Shown piece after piece: positions 54,191 through 55,236 of a stretch of 55,236 bases of DNA. Below the pieces are notes generated by a model. It worked only from the letters and a program-made list of their open reading frames with translations. It ran no database searches and was not told the origin of the DNA. The DNA comes from a virus (lineage: Duplodnaviria > Caudoviricetes), in IMG/VR virus record IMGVR_UViG_3300014658_000002, positions 1 to 55,236 of that record; one strand, given 5' to 3'. The position numbers and the translations under genes were made by a program. Every line of letters starts with the position of its first letter. Positions within the stretch are counted from its first letter, which is position 1.

Positions 54191-55236
54191 CGCGTAGACT
54201 TTGCAAAAGTCGATAAACCGGACCTTCCGGCAGCGCCCCCGTAACAGCCGAAAGGGGAATAGACAAGGCTTCTGGTGGAGGATTGAGCTTTTGTTTTAAT
54301 CCAAACGCAGATTTTACTGCTGCATTTGCCCCTGCCTCCGGGTCTGGAGGGCTGAATATTTTGGGGATATTGCTTATGTATCCATGCACCCCGCCACGCA
54401 TTGAAATTGCGCCACCCGGCTTCAATCTTTCCAACGGGGTCGAACCTCTCTCGATCGCCGATTCCCGATGCATCTTTGCCGCAAACTCTTTAGCCTGACT
54501 CGATGCATTCATCAGGTTTCCAACTCGGCTCTTGAGGTTGCGGAAGTAGCCCTGCGGCTTGCCTGTCAACTGATCCATCTCCGGGTACGCATTATCGCGA
54601 ACCCAATCAGCAACAACCTTATCCACGGCAATCTGCGCGTTGCGACTTTCAGCCGCATATTGAGACACGTCATTCTTGTCGTAGTAGGCAGACAGTCGAT
54701 TGTTCGCCTGCATACGTTTCAGGTCAAGTTCTCCAAGACTGATAGGCTTCTGATATTCCGCTGCTGCCTTGTCGATGAAAGATCGTTCTGTGCGGTCAGT
54801 ATCGGTGATTGCGGGCATCTTGTCTTTAAGCGCCTTGATCGCTTGCGAGATGGGAAAATTCCCGTTCACGTCAGGAAGGTTTGATTTCAGATTCGCGTAT
54901 TTTCCAAGCGATTGGGCAAACTCGTCGTTTAGACTCTTCTGCGCCCGGTTTGCTACCTCTCTGAACTCGCCTATCGTCTTAGGCTTCGCCCCCTTTGCGG
55001 CAGCGCGGAGATCGGAAACTACAGGCTCAATGTACGCTGGGTCAACTCCGGCTCCACGCGCCAGCTTTGCCGTTATTCCGGAGGGCTTCATGAGACTGGA
55101 AACGGTGTGCGTGAAAAGCATCGGACCAAGCACCGAACCCCAGGCATAATCGGGGTTCATCTTGCGAAGTTCATTCCAGTCCTTGACCCCCTGCCAGTCT
55201 TTTTCTGCCTGTGTCACCGGATTCCAAATGATAGGG
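54165..55236 (-). CDS. 3' part of the junction-spanning ~455-aa probable internal virion protein
   Basis: Continuous frame from 419 through the terminal repeat. Confidence 0.75.
   Translation of the reverse strand, partial: PIIWNPVTQAEKDWQGVKDWNELRKMNPDYAWGSVLGPMLFTHTVSSLMKPSGITAKLARGAGVDPAYIEPVVSDLRAAAKGAKPKTIGEFREVANRAQKSLNDEFAQSLGKYANLKSNLPDVNGNFPISQAIKALKDKMPAITDTDRTERSFIDKAAAEYQKPISLGELDLKRMQANNRLSAYYDKNDVSQYAAESRNAQIAVDKVVADWVRDNAYPEMDQLTGKPQGYFRNLKSRVGNLMNASSQAKEFAAKMHRESAIERGSTPLERLKPGGAISMRGGVHGYISNIPKIFSPPDPEAGANAAVKSAFGLKQKLNPPPEALSIPLSAVTGALPEGPVYRLLQSLRDEHANAPQ
55114..55236. repeat. Terminal direct repeat copy 2
   Basis: Identical to 1-123. Confidence 0.95.

Noticed and set aside
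55114-55236. Biological terminal repeat or att site
   Set aside because: It falls mid-gene with the frame intact; best explained as assembler overlap

Overview
The window looks like a complete, circularly assembled dsDNA tailed-phage genome of about 55,113 bp. Bases 1-123 are identical to 55114-55236, and one gene reads straight across that junction. Gene order suggests a podovirus-like phage: terminase, portal, scaffold, capsid, head-tail/tail proteins, ejection proteins, and no tape measure. It also has a lysis block (GH24 lysozyme), a replication/recombination block (ERF recombinase, SF2 helicase, primase-type Zn domain, two KTSC proteins) and a plus-strand early block of small genes. I found no integrase, DNA polymerase, ParA/B, tRNA or CRISPR array. 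An Acidobacteria-like host is a weak inference. The most unusual signals are: (1) two diverged copies of a non-coding cassette at ~20.8-21.3 kb and ~31.5-32.2 kb, each with a conserved promoter, a hairpin/anti-Shine-Dalgarno/terminator small RNA, a shared 44-nt block and a divergent structured region; (2) 13 dispersed copies of a 14-bp quasi-palindrome GTGCAAT(CTT/ATC)GCAY, many at gene boundaries; (3) four Cys-containing tail-fibre/adhesin-like proteins that begin with Sec-type signal peptides; (4) a near-perfect CIRCE (HrcA) box fused to a six-unit 10-bp-period repeat array over the early promoter; (5) a nested alternative-frame gene and an Acb2/Tad1-like anti-defence gene. All family calls come from reading motifs by eye; no database search was run.
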